DNA from: Octopus vulgaris
Lineage: Eukaryota
Reading direction: 5' to 3'
Assembly: GCA_951406725.2 (NCBI GenBank)
Contig: OX597842.1
Location: 28,892,001-28,956,000, forward strand
Length of the DNA: 64,000 nucleotides
Part shown: positions 39,446 through 54,575 of the stretch, piece after piece
How the letters are laid out: each line of letters opens with the position of its first letter
Numbering within the stretch: the stretch's first letter is position 1
Translations under genes and position numbers: made by a program
The notes under the pieces: model-generated
What the model was told of the DNA's origin: nothing
What the model saw: only the letters and a program-made list of their open reading frames with translations
The model's database searches: none

Positions 39446-40399
39446 ACTTTTACTCCATGGAATTCTAGAAACTAGGCTGACAGTTGTTTGAGTCTGATGA
39501 TGATGATGATGATGATGATGATGGTGGTGGCGATTGTCTTAGCCCCAGGTCAGTCCTGATCTAGCAGGGAGACTTACGATCAAAAACGCTCCATCTGTGA
39601 CCATCCCATCTTTTAATCAGACATCGTGTATCTAGGAGTACAATATCTAATGTACACGGTGCCCAGAACCACATTATCTTACATGGCTTTATCGAAATAG
39701 TATCGAATTAGTGGCTATTGTCTTAATCCAGACAGACCTATGATCAAAGACGTTCCAGATGTGACCATCCCATCTTTTATTCAGACATAGTGTATATAAG
39801 ACTACATTTTATCTAATGTACAGGGTTCCCAGAACCACAGAATCTGACATGAATTTATAGAAAAAGTTGCCAACCTTCAATCTTCAACACTTGATGTGGA
39901 TTTTGGCTGCTATTTCTAGCAGGTAAGCAACCGCATAGAGACTCAATGGAATGATGGAGAACAACAGTGTGGTGGTGGTGGTGGTGGTGTGGGTGGAGTG
40001 GTATGATGGTGTTGGTGGTAGTATTAATATATTACGTTAGACACTTGACTCCATCAGAAGTCAAGGAACCCCATTGACACAGGCATCATGTCTTGGATAT
40101 TGTCAGAGCAGAACCTGTTCTTCTCAATTTCTGAACCCAGTTGATTTCCGATGGGGGGGGGGGGGGAGAAGATAGTAAGAGAGCAAGTGAGAGAGAGAAG
40201 ACTTGGCCCCATTATTGGTGTCCCCCATAAAGATGAAAGGCAAAACTGATGTCAATGGGAATTGAACTCAGAGCCGGAGAGTCAGTATCAAAACTACAAG
40301 GCAATCTACTCCTATTTGGTGCCCTAAGGATTATTTGTTGGTCATTGTTGACACTGACTAAAGACATCACATAGGAGAAAAAAACAGGGTCAGACTGTG

Positions 40400-40860
40400 G
40401 CCAATCAGTTCGATGCATGTCCTGAAAGCTTTGCTGCAGGTCAGGCATGGCTGGTCTACTGGGACTGAAAGCAAGGGGTTGGTTCTCGACTTGTGTAGTT
40501 TGCATTTTCTTTCGACCCCTTGACACTTGTTCTGTTCATAAAACGTGGCACCTCTGTTGGTACAGCTTTGCCAGACAAGGTAGTCTTGTCCTTGCGTTTC
40601 CCAGGTGTCAGGGTTGACCTCAAAGATCTTCAATGAAGCCCTGTGTGTATCCTCAAAGCACTTTTTCTGTCCACTTTGCAAGCAATTGCTTTCTGCCAAT
40701 TCACTATAAACTAGTCTCTTGGGGTGTCACATGTCAGGCATTAGAACAAGGGAGCTTGCCAACCAGACTTGCATCTTCCTCAGTTGTGAGTTAATAATGC
40801 TTGGCAGATCAGCTAGAGAGAGGACCTTTGTGTCCAGGACCTTGTCCTACAAAATGATTT
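40400..40860 (-). mobile_element. RTE/BovB-like LINE 3' remnant
   Basis: GQKKCFEDTHRASLKIFEVNPDTWET and CLTCSKAFRTCIELIGH (a C2H2-like tail). A similar remnant, CWLSPVHRIQDRRIPKDLLYGEL, lies at 45785-46020 (+). Confidence 0.7.
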
Positions 40861-41688
40861 TCACACACACACACACGTGTAAACCCGGATCCAAAGGAAA
40901 GAGATAAAAGGATGTAGCATAAATACTCAGCCTTGAGTGTGCTGCTTCTAATAGCAAAACCAGCCATAAGCTAATGAAGTTAATTATGTAATTCCTGTCA
41001 TTTGTTAATTAATATTACATTCCATATTTACCTAACACTTTGCTCTAAAGTATATAGTTCCCATTAAACATAAGTGGAGTGGCTGTGTGATAAGAAGCTT
41101 GTCTCCCAACAACATGGTTCCAGGTTCAGTCTATCTATCTATCTATCTATCTATCTGCCAGTAGCGCCTGACTGACCCTCGTGCCGGTGGCATGTAAAAG
41201 CACCCAATACACTCTCAGAGTGGTTGGTGCAAGGAAGGGCATCCAGCTGTAGAAACTCTGCCAAATCAGATTGGAGTCTGGTTTGCCAGACCTCACTCAA
41301 ATCGTCCAACCCATGCTAGCATGGAAAGCGGACGTTAAACAATGATGATGACAATGATATATATATATTTCGTTTTGGGATTTGGTTTGCAAGAGTCTTT
41401 ATATGAGTTCGTGTGTTGAAGCATATTCTGTTGTGTCTGGGGAGGGTCATTCCCTTTTTGTGCCTTATAATTTAACACACTCACCGGTAAAATTTCCAGT
41501 TATTTTCTTCTTTATTTTTCTGAAATTTTCATTGCATCTTGCAACCTTTTCAATAACTTTGACTCTCTTTTGAAAAGTTGCAAGATGCGATGAAACTTGA
41601 AGGAAATAAGTGGAAATTTTAATGGTGAGTGTGTTAAATTATAAGGCAGCAAAAAAGAATCACTCTCCCCAGACACAACGGGATATGC

Positions 41689-41725
<37 letters not shown>

Positions 41726-41726
41726 G

Positions 41727-41764
<38 letters not shown>

Positions 41765-41875
41765 ATGCACATATATATATATATATATATATAATAATAA
41801 ATATTAGGGAATAAATCCAAATTTACAGGGAAAAATCAGATTTAGGATTAAATCCAATCTTATAGTAAAATATTA

Positions 41876-42182
41876 TATAATATTAATTAGAGACAAAACC
41901 ACTATTTTGCAAATCAAACAAGGAAAGACTTAATCAATACATAAAAAAATGTTAATATAAAGTAAATAAATCACCACTACAATTGTTTCCTGTCTTCAAA
42001 TGACATTCCTCAATTTAAAATTGAATAGAAGATACGAAATCCACCTGATGAATGTCATTTGAAGACAGGAAACAATTGTAGTGGTGATTTATTTACTTTA
42101 TATTAAAATTTTTTTATGTATTGATTAAGTCTTTCCTTGTTTGATTTGAAAAATAGTGGTTTTGTCTCTAATTAATATTATA
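41876..42182. repeat. Inverted repeat with arms of about 133 bp and a 41-bp spacer (inverted pLTR-like arrangement)
   Basis: 41876-42008 is the near-perfect reverse complement of 42050-42182. Confidence 0.93.
42041..42084 (+). ncRNA. Minimal type-I hammerhead ribozyme motif
   Basis: CCAC-CTGATGA-A-TGTC-atttgaa-GACA-G-GAAA-C-AATT-G-TA-GTGG. It has the same palindromic stem/loop III as the 26804 copy. There is an A.G mismatch at the base of stem II. Confidence 0.65.
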
Positions 42183-42193
42183 ATAATAATAAT

Positions 42194-42244
<51 letters not shown>

Positions 42245-42539
42245 TAAAAAGACTACAGCAACTCAGGGAAACTAAGCCAGAACAACCTGCCATCCTCTAC
42301 ACACCATCATAAACTGCGAGCAGGGTACAAATTGTTGTCCTTAAATGCTCGCAGTTTATGCAACAAAATACATTTGTTCAACGCCTACGTCAGAAGTGTT
42401 GACCCTGACTTCATCACTGTCACGGAAACATGGGCGCATTCCTTACTCTGTGATGGGGTTATATATATATATATATATATAACCCATGCCAGCATGGAAA
42501 GTGGATGAGGATTATATGTATATACACACACAAACATAT

Positions 42540-42950
42540 ACTCTTTTACTCTTTTACTTGTTTCAGTCATTTGACTGCGGCCATGCTGGAGCACCACCTT
42601 TAATCGAGCAACTCGACCCTGGGACTTATTCTTTTGTAAGCCCAGTACTTATTCCATCGGTCTCTTTTGCCGAACTGCTAAGTAACGGGGACGTAAACAC
42701 ACCAGCATTGGTTGTCAAGCAATGCTAGGGGGACAAACACAGACACACAAACATATACACACATACATATATATGTATATACATATATATCACAGGTTTC
42801 TTTCAGTTTCCGTCTACCAAATCCACTCAGAAGGCTTTGGTCGGCCCGGGGCTATAGTAGAAGACACTTGCCCAAGGTGCCATACAGTGGGACTGAACCT
42901 GGAACCATGTGGTTGGTAAGCAAGACTATTACCACACAGCCACTCCTGTG
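42540..42950 (-). mobile_element. SINE family A
   Basis: Full-length reverse copy. Confidence 0.85.
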
Positions 42951-43240
42951 CATATTATATATATGCATATATATATATATATAATATATAAGGCAGATGT
43001 TAAGCAATGATGATGATGGTCATCATCATCACTGTCATGAGTTGGATGGTTTGACAAGGATCCACCGAGTGAAGCGACTGTTTCGTGATCTTCTGTCTGC
43101 TTTTGTGGTTGGATGCCCTTCCCTAACACCAACCATTTTACAGTGTGGACTGGGTGCCTTCTTTCCTCTATAAAGGTCACTGTGTGGATCACACTCACAA
43201 GTGAGAGGGACCCAGGGAAGGAGGATGCTGCCTCAGTGTA

Positions 43241-43592
43241 TAAGACGCTCGACCTTTATTCTCTAGAAAAACGCCGCTGCCGTGGTGATCTCATTCTTGC
43301 TCACAACATCATAAGCAGAAAGTGTAACCTCTCGAAAGAGCTGTTCTTCACTCCTGTTCCAGAGCGTCGGCTGCGGGATCACTCCGAAAAGCTCTATCCG
43401 CGACGATTTCATCTCAATCGAAGGAAAGGGGCTTTCTCCGTCCGGGTTGCGGATCCGTGGAATAAGCTGCCAGACGAGATGGTGAAGATGCCGACGACCG
43501 CTCGGTTCAAAGTCTCCCTTGACCACAAGTGGCCTGAACTCTTTACATGAACACCACCCTGTACATAACTCCATGTCCCCCTACATGGCCTA
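43241..43592 (+). mobile_element. CR1-clade LINE 3' fragment
   Basis: KTLDLYSLEKRRCRGDLILAHNII...WPELFT; near-identical to the other two CR1 copies. Confidence 0.9.
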
Positions 43593-43992
43593 ACTAAAAG
43601 TGGAGGAGAGGGATTACAGCATGAGGAAGGAGGGTGGAGTGGAACAAGATTTCGTTGCAAAGGAGCTACATGGCTACTCACATGTGGGTGAGAGAGAGAG
43701 AGAGAGTGAATGAGAATGCAGCAAGGAGATACAGAGTGGTGATGAGGTGTCCAGGTGGCACTTCAGGAAGCAAGAGTAGAAGTGGGTGGGCCAAGCTGGG
43801 GCACTGCTTAGGGGACTTTTTAGCCAAATGAATCAACTCCAGTACTTATTATATTTTAAAGCTTGGTACTCATTCTATCAGTCACCTTTGCCAAACCACT
43901 AAGTCATAGGGGCATAAAAAGACCAATGTTGGTTGTCAAGTGGTGATGGTGGTGGGAAAAACATAGATGCAAAGACACGCACGTAAAATATA

Positions 43993-44514
43993 CTGTAAAT
44001 CCTCGAGTATAATCCACATTTTTCCCCCAAAATTTAAAGGTCAAAATCCCTAGTGCGTATTATATACGAGGTTAAAAATGAAAAATATTTTCTAAGCAAT
44101 GTCCAAGTCTCCATTTGCTGTCTGGCAATGTTTATTCAGACGCATTTTGTGACGTCAGGCGCGAAAATACCTGAAGCTAAGCCTGAAAGCAATGAAGTCA
44201 TAAAAGAATCATCCATAACTTGCAGTAAGCAACATTTATTAAAATAAAAGTATTCAGAATACAGAATAACATGTAACAAAAACAATTTGCAAACATATTT
44301 ACATTCCCATATAACAGTTAAGAACATCACCATTATTGTATTACGCATGCACGGAAGTGTTTGTTCGACTAGGTGCTGCTGGCTTAATTACGCATGACTC
44401 AAGTTAGAAAAGGGGTGCGTATCATACACAAGGTTTAGGTTTTTCCGAGGTACAGCCCCTTAAAAATCCCCTGTGTATTATACTCAAGGGCAGACTATAC
44501 TCGAGGATTTACAG
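43993..44514. mobile_element. Tc1/mariner-superfamily (pogo/Tc2-like) MITE
   Basis: TA-CTGTAAATCCTCGAGTATA...TATACTCGAGGATTTACAG-TA, i.e. perfect 19-bp TIRs with a TA duplication and no ORF. Confidence 0.85.
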
Positions 44515-47500
44515 TATATAACTGTCCGACAAACGGGAATGTGAAACTCTGAGTAACAGCTTTTGTTATATTTCTGCTGCTTTTAAATAAAGCATATTAC
44601 TCTACCTCTGGTATTTGAGTACTCTTTCACCTTTAGTCGAGGAAATCGACCCCAGGACTTATTCTTTGTAAATCTAGAACTTATTCTATCGGTCTCTTTG
44701 GCTGAAATGCTAAGTAACGGGGACGTAAACACACCAGCATCAGTTGTCGAGCGATGTTGGGGGGGGGGAACAAACACAGACACACAAACACACATATATA
44801 CATATATACAACGGGCTTCTTTCAGTTTCCGTCTACCAAATCTACTCGCTAGGCTTTGGTCGGCCCGAGGCTATAGTAGAAGACACTTGCTCAAGGTGCC
44901 AAGCAGTGGGACTGAACCCGGAACCATGTGGTTGGTAAGCAAGCTACTTACCACACAGCCACTCCTGCGACTATGAATATATAATCTTACTAAGTTTTTT
45001 AGGCCAGTGAACTGTGTGGCCTGTCCTAGTGATATAAGACAGATAGAATAAGTACTGGGCTTACAAAGAATAAGTCCCGGGGTCGATTTGCTTGACTAAA
45101 GGCGGTGCTCCAGCATGGCCGCAGTCAAATGACTGAAACAAGTAAAAGAGAGAGTAAAGAGTATACAGAGAGGTTGAGAGAGAAAGAGTGAGAGAGAGAG
45201 CTGACATAGCGCTGCCTCTTAATATAACTCCCACTCAGACTATAGAGGGATAAAGGGTTGTCATGGTAACCTCATTAGTGCTGATGCCACAAAAAAAGTG
45301 GTTGGTATTAGGAAGGACATCCGTCCAGAGAAACCATGAAAAAATCAGACATAGGAGCACGATGCAGTCCTCAGTGTTGTGCGATCTTGTCGTACCATCT
45401 AACCCAGACATGGAAAACTTTTACCAGGGCCACATGAGACATGACTTATCATCAGATGTGAAGGCATCTGGCAGTCTCAAGAGATCATGGATCTTCGCCT
45501 GAAGATGTTGTATCAGCTGCCGATGGTGGTACAGCATTTGCAGTGGCTGTAGAGGCCCACACGGAAGTGGCAGCAAATGCATTTGAAGGAGCTCTCTACC
45601 AGTGCCTCTGGGTTTGCCTTTCGTCGAGTGTGCTTTTCTTTGGTGGCAAGTTCCTGTTTCTCTTTCACTCGTTTCATTCCCTTTCGCAGTATTTGTCTTC
45701 AGCGTGGGTGGTCATTTGCGACCTCCTTCCATCTCAAGACGTCCAGCTCTATTGACTTCATATCTGTTTTCATATCACCTTCATAATTTGAGATGCATCT
45801 TAGATATCAAATGGACTGACTACATCATTAACATCAAAGCCTGCAGCCATGCCAAGAGACCCAGGATATTCACACTGCTCCGGCAACATTATTTGTGCTG
45901 GCTCAGTCCTGTACATCGCATACAGGACAGGAGGATCCCAAAAGACCTCCTGTATGGAGAACTGTCCACTGGCACAAGACCACAACAACAACCTCATCTT
46001 CATTTCACGGACATCATCAGATAACTCTATTATCCAAAAAATTCAGGATAATTTTTTTGTTAGCCGTACAATTCAGAAATCTCAGTGGACAACAAGTTGC
46101 CTGGGATTCGTCTAAACCATTCCACAAGGTTAGGGATTTGAGGGGAGGGGTACGTCGATGACATTGACCCCAGTGTTTGGCTGGTACTTATTCTATCAAC
46201 CCTGAAAGGATGAAAGACTAAGCTGACCTTTGTGGAATTTGAACTCAGAACATTTTTCCCACTGTGCTAATGCTTCTGCCAGCTTACCACCTTCGACAAG
46301 ATGGAGATTAAATGATGAAGATGATGATGACGACAACAGTGTGTGTGTGTTGAGATACATCAGAGGCTAAGTAAAAACAAGCCTCTTGTTCTAGCAAAAT
46401 GGGATTTTGAGGAAAGATAGTAAAGGAGAGAGAGAAAGAGAGAAATAGTGGAGGAGAGAGTAAGAGAGAGAGAGAGAGAGTGAGTAAAGGATAGTGTGAA
46501 AGAGGCAGAAAATGACCTTTTTCTGCTCTCCTCCATTGGAGGAGGAGAGCAGAAAAGAGAGTGAGTAAAGGATAGAGAGAAAAAGGAGAAAGTAAGGAGA
46601 AAAAAGAGAAGGTAACAGAGAAAGGAAGTAAAACAAAGAAAATACGAAAGAGAGAACGAGGAAGACGTAGTGAGGGGAAGAGGGAAAGAGAGTGTGTGTG
46701 TGTGTGTGTGTCTATGCATGTGTGCGTGCGTGTGTTAAAGAGAGAAGAGACAGACAGACGTAATGACGTCATTAATGTAAGAGAGAAAGGGTAAGAGAAA
46801 GCAAGGGAGAAGGAAGAGAAAGAGAAAGTGAGTGAAGAGTAAAAGAGGGGGAGGCAACAGGCGAAATGAGTGAAGATGTCGCTACGAGGGAGTTCGGTTT
46901 GCTAAATATATATTTCTTTATTGCCCACAAGGGGCTGAACGTAGAGGGGGCAAATAAAGACAGACAAAGGGATTAAGTAACTGGTACTTTATTTACGGAC
47001 CCCGAAAGGATGAAAGGCAAAGCCGACCTCGGCGGAATTTGAACTCAGATCGTAAGCAACCAAATCATTCTCAATTTACACTAGAGTCCGAAGAACAAGT
47101 TGGATCACACTAAACAACGGGAAACAGACGGGATGGTCGCAGCTAGAACGGAGCCTTGGAACCTGCTCAGAAAGTGATGACCCTAGCGTTAGATATTCGT
47201 TTCTACTCGAGGCCCAAGGCCTGAAATTTTAGGGGAAGGGGCCAGTCGATTAGATCCACCCCAGTACGCAATTTATCAACCCCAAAAGGATGAAAGGCAA
47301 AGTCGACCTCGGCGGAATTCGAACGCACAACGTAACGGCAGCCGAAATACGCATTTCGCCCGGCGTGCTAACCACTCTGCCAGCTCCTCACCTCCTTCCC
47401 TAGGGTTAGATATTAATGACGTAGTAGTAGAAGGAGGAGTAAGAGGAAGGAGCAGGCAGAGAAAGTGACAGAGAGAGGGGTAAAGAGAGAAAGAGAGCAT

Positions 47501-50500
47501 GGCACAAGCGATGACGTATAAAATAAGAGAGAAAGACAGAGTGAGAAAAGGCAACAGGAAGGAGGAGGAATAGAGACATACAGAAAGAAAGGGAGGAGAG
47601 TAAGATAGAAAAGACGAGAAGAAAGAATACAGCGAGAGAGAGAGAGAGAGAAAAGGCATAACAAGAAATGACGTAGTATTAGAGAGAGAGGGGGAGAGAA
47701 AGAGGAAAAGAGAATGGGAGGAGGACGAGTAACGCAAAACTGAGAAAGAAATGATGGAGAGAAAAGAGATAAGAATGAGGGAGGAAAGAGATGTAATGAC
47801 GTAATTTTAGAGAGTGGGAGGAAGGGGAGGATGAGGAGGAGCGTCTTTCTATCTATCTACCTATTTGTCTATCTAGAGGGACGGATAGATAGATAGATAG
47901 AGAGGGAGCAGTAGGCAGAGGTGGGAATGAAATGGTTGAAGGAGGGAAAGGAAGATTTAGAAGACTCCAGAATAGAAGGAAGAAAGAATGGTAGAAGTGA
48001 AGAGGGAGGTAATGAGAGGGAGAGAGAGGGAGAGAGAGAGAGAGAGGGAGAGAGAGGGAGAGAGAGAGAGAGAAAACGGGATTTGGGAAGAAATTTATAC
48101 ACATTTGTACACATAGGTGCAGGAGTGGCTGTGTGGTAAGTAGCTCGCTAACCAACCACATGGTTCCGGGTTCAGTCCCACTGCGTGACATCTTGGGGTC
48201 TGGGAAGCCAGAAGGCTGCGCCAGGCCCAGTCTGATCTGGCAGTGTTTCTACGGCTGGATGCCCTTCCTAATGCCAACCACTCCGTGAGTGTAGTGGGTG
48301 CTTTTTACGTGCCACTGGCACAGGTGCCAGGGGGGTCCGGCATCGGACACGATCGGATGGTTCATACAGAGTATGTGATTAGTAATATGCCATAGGTCGA
48401 AACAAGATTACCCTATTATGAAACAGGTAGAATAGTGTCCCACTTATGTAAGAGAGGGAGCGGAATAATTTCGATTAACTGAATTTCCATGCAATTAGCA
48501 AAGAAAATCTCCATCGGTGGGTTTTCTAATCTAATCATATATAGCAAGGGAGAAACTCCAATTGGCCCACGATCATAAACTGAATAGAGATGGCAACTCA
48601 AAACATATCTTCTGGCTAGAAATAGCAGCCAAATCTCCCTCAAATCACACCCTACTCTCTTTTCTATGTATATATGTATGCATGAGCCAATGAAGGAGAC
48701 ATCTACATGGTAGCTAGGTTCGGTAGAAAAAGTAGCTAAATCCCCCTGTCGTATGTATGTATGTATGTGTATATATATATATGTATTTATGTATGTATGA
48801 GCCAATGAGGGAGACCTCTACATGGTGGCTAGACCTGCTAGAAATAGCAGCCAAGTCTCCCTCAAATCACACCCTACTCTCTTATCTATCTATCATCATC
48901 ATCATCATCATCATCATCATCGTTTAGCATCCACTTTCCATGCTAGCATGGGTTGGACGGTTCAACTGGGGTCTGGGAAGCCCGAAGGCTGCATCAGGCT
49001 CCAGTCTGATCTGGCAGTGTTTCTACGGCTGGTTGCCCTTCCTAACGCCAACCACTCCATGAGTGTAGTGGGTGCTTTTTATGTGCCACCGACACAGGTG
49101 CCAGACGAGGCTGGCGAACGGCCACACTCGGATGGTGTTTTTTACGTGCCACCGGCACGGAGGCCAGTCGATGCGGTACTGGCTACGGCCACGTTCGGAT
49201 GGTTTTCTTATGAATATATGTATGTATGAGCCAATGATGAAGACCTCTACATGGTGGCATGACTCAGGATATGCTGTGTCATGTGGTTCTGGATTTGTTT
49301 CCTGAATATAGGAAAATGACAGGATGGTCACAGCTGTACTACTTTTGATCATGGATTTTGCTCAATCAGGACTGGCTTCCGTGCCGGTGGCACATAAAAT
49401 GGCACCATTCGAGCATGATAGTTACCAATGTTGCCTTACTGGCACCTGTGCTGGTGGCACGTGTAAAAGGATTCGAGCGAGGTAGTTGCCAGTACCGCAT
49501 GACTGGCCCCCGTGCCAGTGGCACGTAAAAAGCACCCACTATACTCTCGGAGTGGTTGGCATTAGGAAGGGCATCCAGCTGTAGAAACTTTGCCAAATCA
49601 AGATTGGAGCCTGGTGCAACCATCTGGTTCGCCAGTCCTCAGTCAAAATCGTCCAACCCATGCTAGCATGGAAAGCGGACGTTAAACGATGATGATGATG
49701 ATGATGACTGAACTGGGATCAAACATCAACAACAACAACAACAGCCACCTCACTCCTCCTTAATCCTATACACAAATATAAAATGGTTTAATGCATCTCG
49801 CCCTCCTTCACCATCCGCACAAAGGGGGTGGTATTCAACCACATTCCATGTTGCAAACAAAACACTTTACAACCACTTGAAGATAAAACAACAACAGAAA
49901 ATGCTGGCTAACAAAGTGCCGGGTCATCCAAGAGCATCTAAAAATGCTAACTGTTGGTCAATTGGGATGGGTAGTGTCCCGGTTGATCCGATCGCTGGAA
50001 CAGCCTGCTTCTGAAATTAACAAGCAAGTGGCTGAGTGCTCCACAGACATTGTATTTTTTTCTCTTTTGCTTTTTCCTACTTGCTTCAGCCATTTGACTG
50101 TAGTCATGATGGAGCATCGCCTTAGAGGGTGTTAGTCAAAGAAATCAATCCCAGGACTTATTCAATTGCTCTCTTTTGCTGAACCACAAAGTTACAGGGA
50201 CACAAACACACCAGTATTGTTTGTCAAGGAATGGTGGGGGGACAAACAGACACACACACACAAACACACACACACATATTTGTGATGGGCTTTTTCCAGT
50301 TTCTGTCTACCAAATCTAGTCACAAGGCTTTGGTTAGCCCAAAGCTATAGTAGAAGACACTTGCCCAAGGTTCCATGCCCAGTGGGACTGAACCCAGAAC
50401 CATGTGGTTGAGAAGCAACCTTCTTACCACACAGCCATGCCATGTGTACTCTTAACAAAGTTCTCAGGGAGATTCAGCACGATACACAGAATGGCCCCTT

Positions 50501-50897
50501 TGAATTACAGATACAATTCATTTCTGTGAGTTCAGTGGACGGGAGCAACATGAAATAAAGTGTCTAGCTTAAGGACACAATGTAAGGCCAGGATTTGAAC
50601 TCATGACCTTATAATTGCGAGCCACATGCCTTAACCACTAAGCCATAGACCTTCACAAATGAAAACTGGTATTTTGTTGGTTACAATGACAGGGGTTTCA
50701 GTTGATCGAATCAATGGAACAGCCTGCTAGTGAAATTAACATGCAAGTGGCCGAGTACTCCACAGACATGTAGTTCACAGGGCGATTCAGCATGACATGG
50801 AATGTGACAAGGTTGGCCCCTTTATAAACACATTCTACCAGAATACGAAGTTTAAAATTTTTTAGTTACCCAGAAGTTATGTTAAAAACTGCCGTTC

Positions 50898-51310
50898 CAG
50901 GAGTGGCTGTGTGGTAAGTATCTTGCTTACCAACCACATGGTTCCGGGTTCTGTCTCACTGCGTGGCATCTTGGGCAAGTGTCTTCTGCTATAGCCCCGG
51001 GCCGAACAATGCCTTGTGAGTGGATTTGGTAGACGGAAACTGAAAGAAGCCTGTCATATATATGTATATATATGTATATATGTATGTGTGTGTGTTTGTG
51101 TGTCTGTGTTTGTTCCCCCAACGTCGCTTGACAACCGATGCTGGTGTGTTTACGTCCCCGTTACTTAGCGGTTCGGCAAAAAGAGACCGATAAAATAAGT
51201 ACTGGGCTTACAAGAAGAATAAGTCCCGGGGTCGAGTTGCTCGACTAAAAGGCGGTGCTCCAGCATGGCCGCAGTCAAATGACTGAAACAAGTAAAAGAG
51301 TAAAAGAGTA
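50898..51310 (+). mobile_element. SINE family A
   Basis: Full-length copy. Confidence 0.85.
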
Positions 51311-51597
51311 AAGATCCAAAATTTTAAAATTAGGGGGGGGGGGGAATGAAATTTTGAAAACGCGATTATGGGTCAAAATCGTAGGATCTTTATCTTGGTA
51401 AAGATCCAAATCGTATTCTCTTCTATCGAAAAAAAAGTCTGGATCAAAAATAGAAAACAAAAAAATATTGGAAATGGATGGTGTTCTCGTGCTTTTCCTT
51501 CGCCAACAAAACATAAACGGAGTCTGGTGAAACTCCCTGGCTGGCCAGCTCCTGTCAAACCATGCTAGCATGGAAAACGGACGTTAAATGATGACGG

Positions 51598-52552
<955 letters not shown>

Positions 52553-52629
52553 ACAGAGTTTTGTTGAGTTTAAGTGGAATTTAAAGGATGCAACTGAAGC
52601 GGCTGCCAAACGGAACTAAACAACAACTA

Positions 52630-53400
52630 CAGCCATTAATACTGACTGCTATACTATACTTTACACAATGTAGTCCTAGATACACTATGTCTGAATATCA
52701 GATGGGCTGGTCACAGTTGGAACGTCTTTGATTGTAGAGCTGTCTGGATCCGGACAACTAGCCTATACGTTTTGGCTTGAACTGCTAGAAGTAGTAACCA
52801 AATCTCGTTTAAAAGCCCACACAACTACTTCAAGCAGAGACACCAGGAATAGGATGGGATGGTCCCGGCCAGAGTGACTTTGAGCACGAGTCTGCTCGGT
52901 CAGGTTTGACCCTGGGTTAAATAACAACACGCACACTATAACACAGAAGTAGCCTATGCGCTGTTAGAAAGTGCAGCCAAATCTCCTTCAAATCGACTTC
53001 CTTCTTTCAACGAAGGACAAACGAGATCGGGTTAGTATTAAATACAACAGGATGGTCACATTTGGAACTCTACATTATCATCGGTTCTGCTGGATCAGGA
53101 CTGACCCGAGATTAAACAACCATAGCCACGAATATTAACTACTATACGACACATTAGTAATTTTAGTCCTAGATACACTATGCCTGAATAAAAGATGGGA
53201 TGGTCACAGCTGGAACATCAGTGATCATAAGACTACTGGATCCAGACAGCCCTGGGTTTAAACGACAACAACTATAACTACTAATGGCAACTGCTATACT
53301 ATACATTAGATAATGTAGTCCAAGATACACTATGCCTGAATAAAAGATGGGAATCCTGTTTTGTCATTGATTCTACTGGATCAGGACAGACTCGGGGCTA
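52630..53400 (+). repeat. Clustered degenerate copies of an unclassified interspersed repeat (also at about 27630-27870 and 39540-39830)
   Basis: Recurrent acattagataatgtagtcctagatacactatgcctgaataaaagatgggatggtcacagctggaac...gatcaggactgacc...ttaaacaac. Confidence 0.65.
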
Positions 53401-53425
53401 AACGGTAAAATAACAACACGCATAG

Positions 53426-53571
<146 letters not shown>

Positions 53572-53769
53572 CCATTCACGCGCACATGTCTATATACATT
53601 TGAGTAAAACAACTTTCATACGCAATGACAATAAAAACAAAAGCAGTAACAACAACAATAACAATAAATTGAACGACTACCTTGAGCAAGGATCGAACTT
53701 GGACCTGAAACTAAACCAAAACATCAAACGAAGCCGGGAAAATAAATAGAAGTGTTGAGTGTAACTCAC

Positions 53770-53917
53770 TGTATGAGAGTGCCTCGTTGAGTCTGAGTGG
53801 AGCTCTGAGTATATAAAGAAGGAAAGCGAGTGAGAGGATGCAGAGGTAGGACCAGGACCAGACAATCCAGTCTTTGAGGAAGGTCACGTAACGCGTGAGC
53901 AGGACGAAAGAAGACAT
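53770..53917 (-). CDS. ST7: ST7 coding exon 1 (N-terminal transmembrane segment); an alternative in-frame ATG lies at 53998
   Basis: Translates MSSFVLLTRYVTFLKDWIVWSWSYLCILSLAFLLYILRAPLRLNEALSY, matching the ST7 N-terminus as recalled (LKSCIVWSWTYLW...YILRVPL). Ends TAC A|GTGAGT (phase 1). The start codon choice is inferred from homologue length. Confidence 0.85.
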
Positions 53918-54177
53918 TCCAAGGAGTGAGACATCGACAATAATAACAATAACATTAACAGGTCCGCACTGAATAATGATCAACGTGAGAAAAGCCATTA
54001 AAGAGAGAAAGAAAGGAACAGAGAAGATAAGGATAATAACAACAACAACAACAGCAGTAGTAGTAGTAGTAGTAAAAAGAATAACAAAGCGACAGTGCGC
54101 GCGAGTGTGTGTATGTGCATATATATGAGTGGTTTTATATATGTATGTATATATACATATTTATATGTGTGTGTGAG

Positions 54178-54210
<33 letters not shown>

Positions 54211-54283
54211 TTATGTATATATACATACATATATATATATGTATGTATGTATATATACATATATATATATCTATGTATGTATG

Positions 54284-54333
<50 letters not shown>

Positions 54334-54390
54334 CATACATACACAAACACACACACATATTGCGTGTATGCGCTTCATAGAAGCCCACAA

Positions 54391-54454
<64 letters not shown>

Positions 54455-54457
<3 letters not shown>

Positions 54458-54575
54458 AAGTGGCGGGGAAGAGTAAATTTGAGTATATCTAGTTAACATT
54501 TAGTTGTTAAGTTAAATAAATGAGCGGGAAAGAGCGGGGTGGCCGTGAGTCGGATTGCGTCAGTTTGACGAATCT
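54455..54575 (-). promoter_or_regulatory. Candidate ST7 promoter
   Basis: Short GC/CpG-rich island between (TA)n and (GATA)n tracts, upstream of exon 1. It has GGCGGGGAA and GCGGGAAA (GC-box/E2F-like) and TGACGCAA on the minus strand. Confidence 0.35.

Noticed and set aside
38243-39491. Thr-, His- and Val-rich ORFs
   Set aside because: Trinucleotide low-complexity DNA with no splice or homology support.
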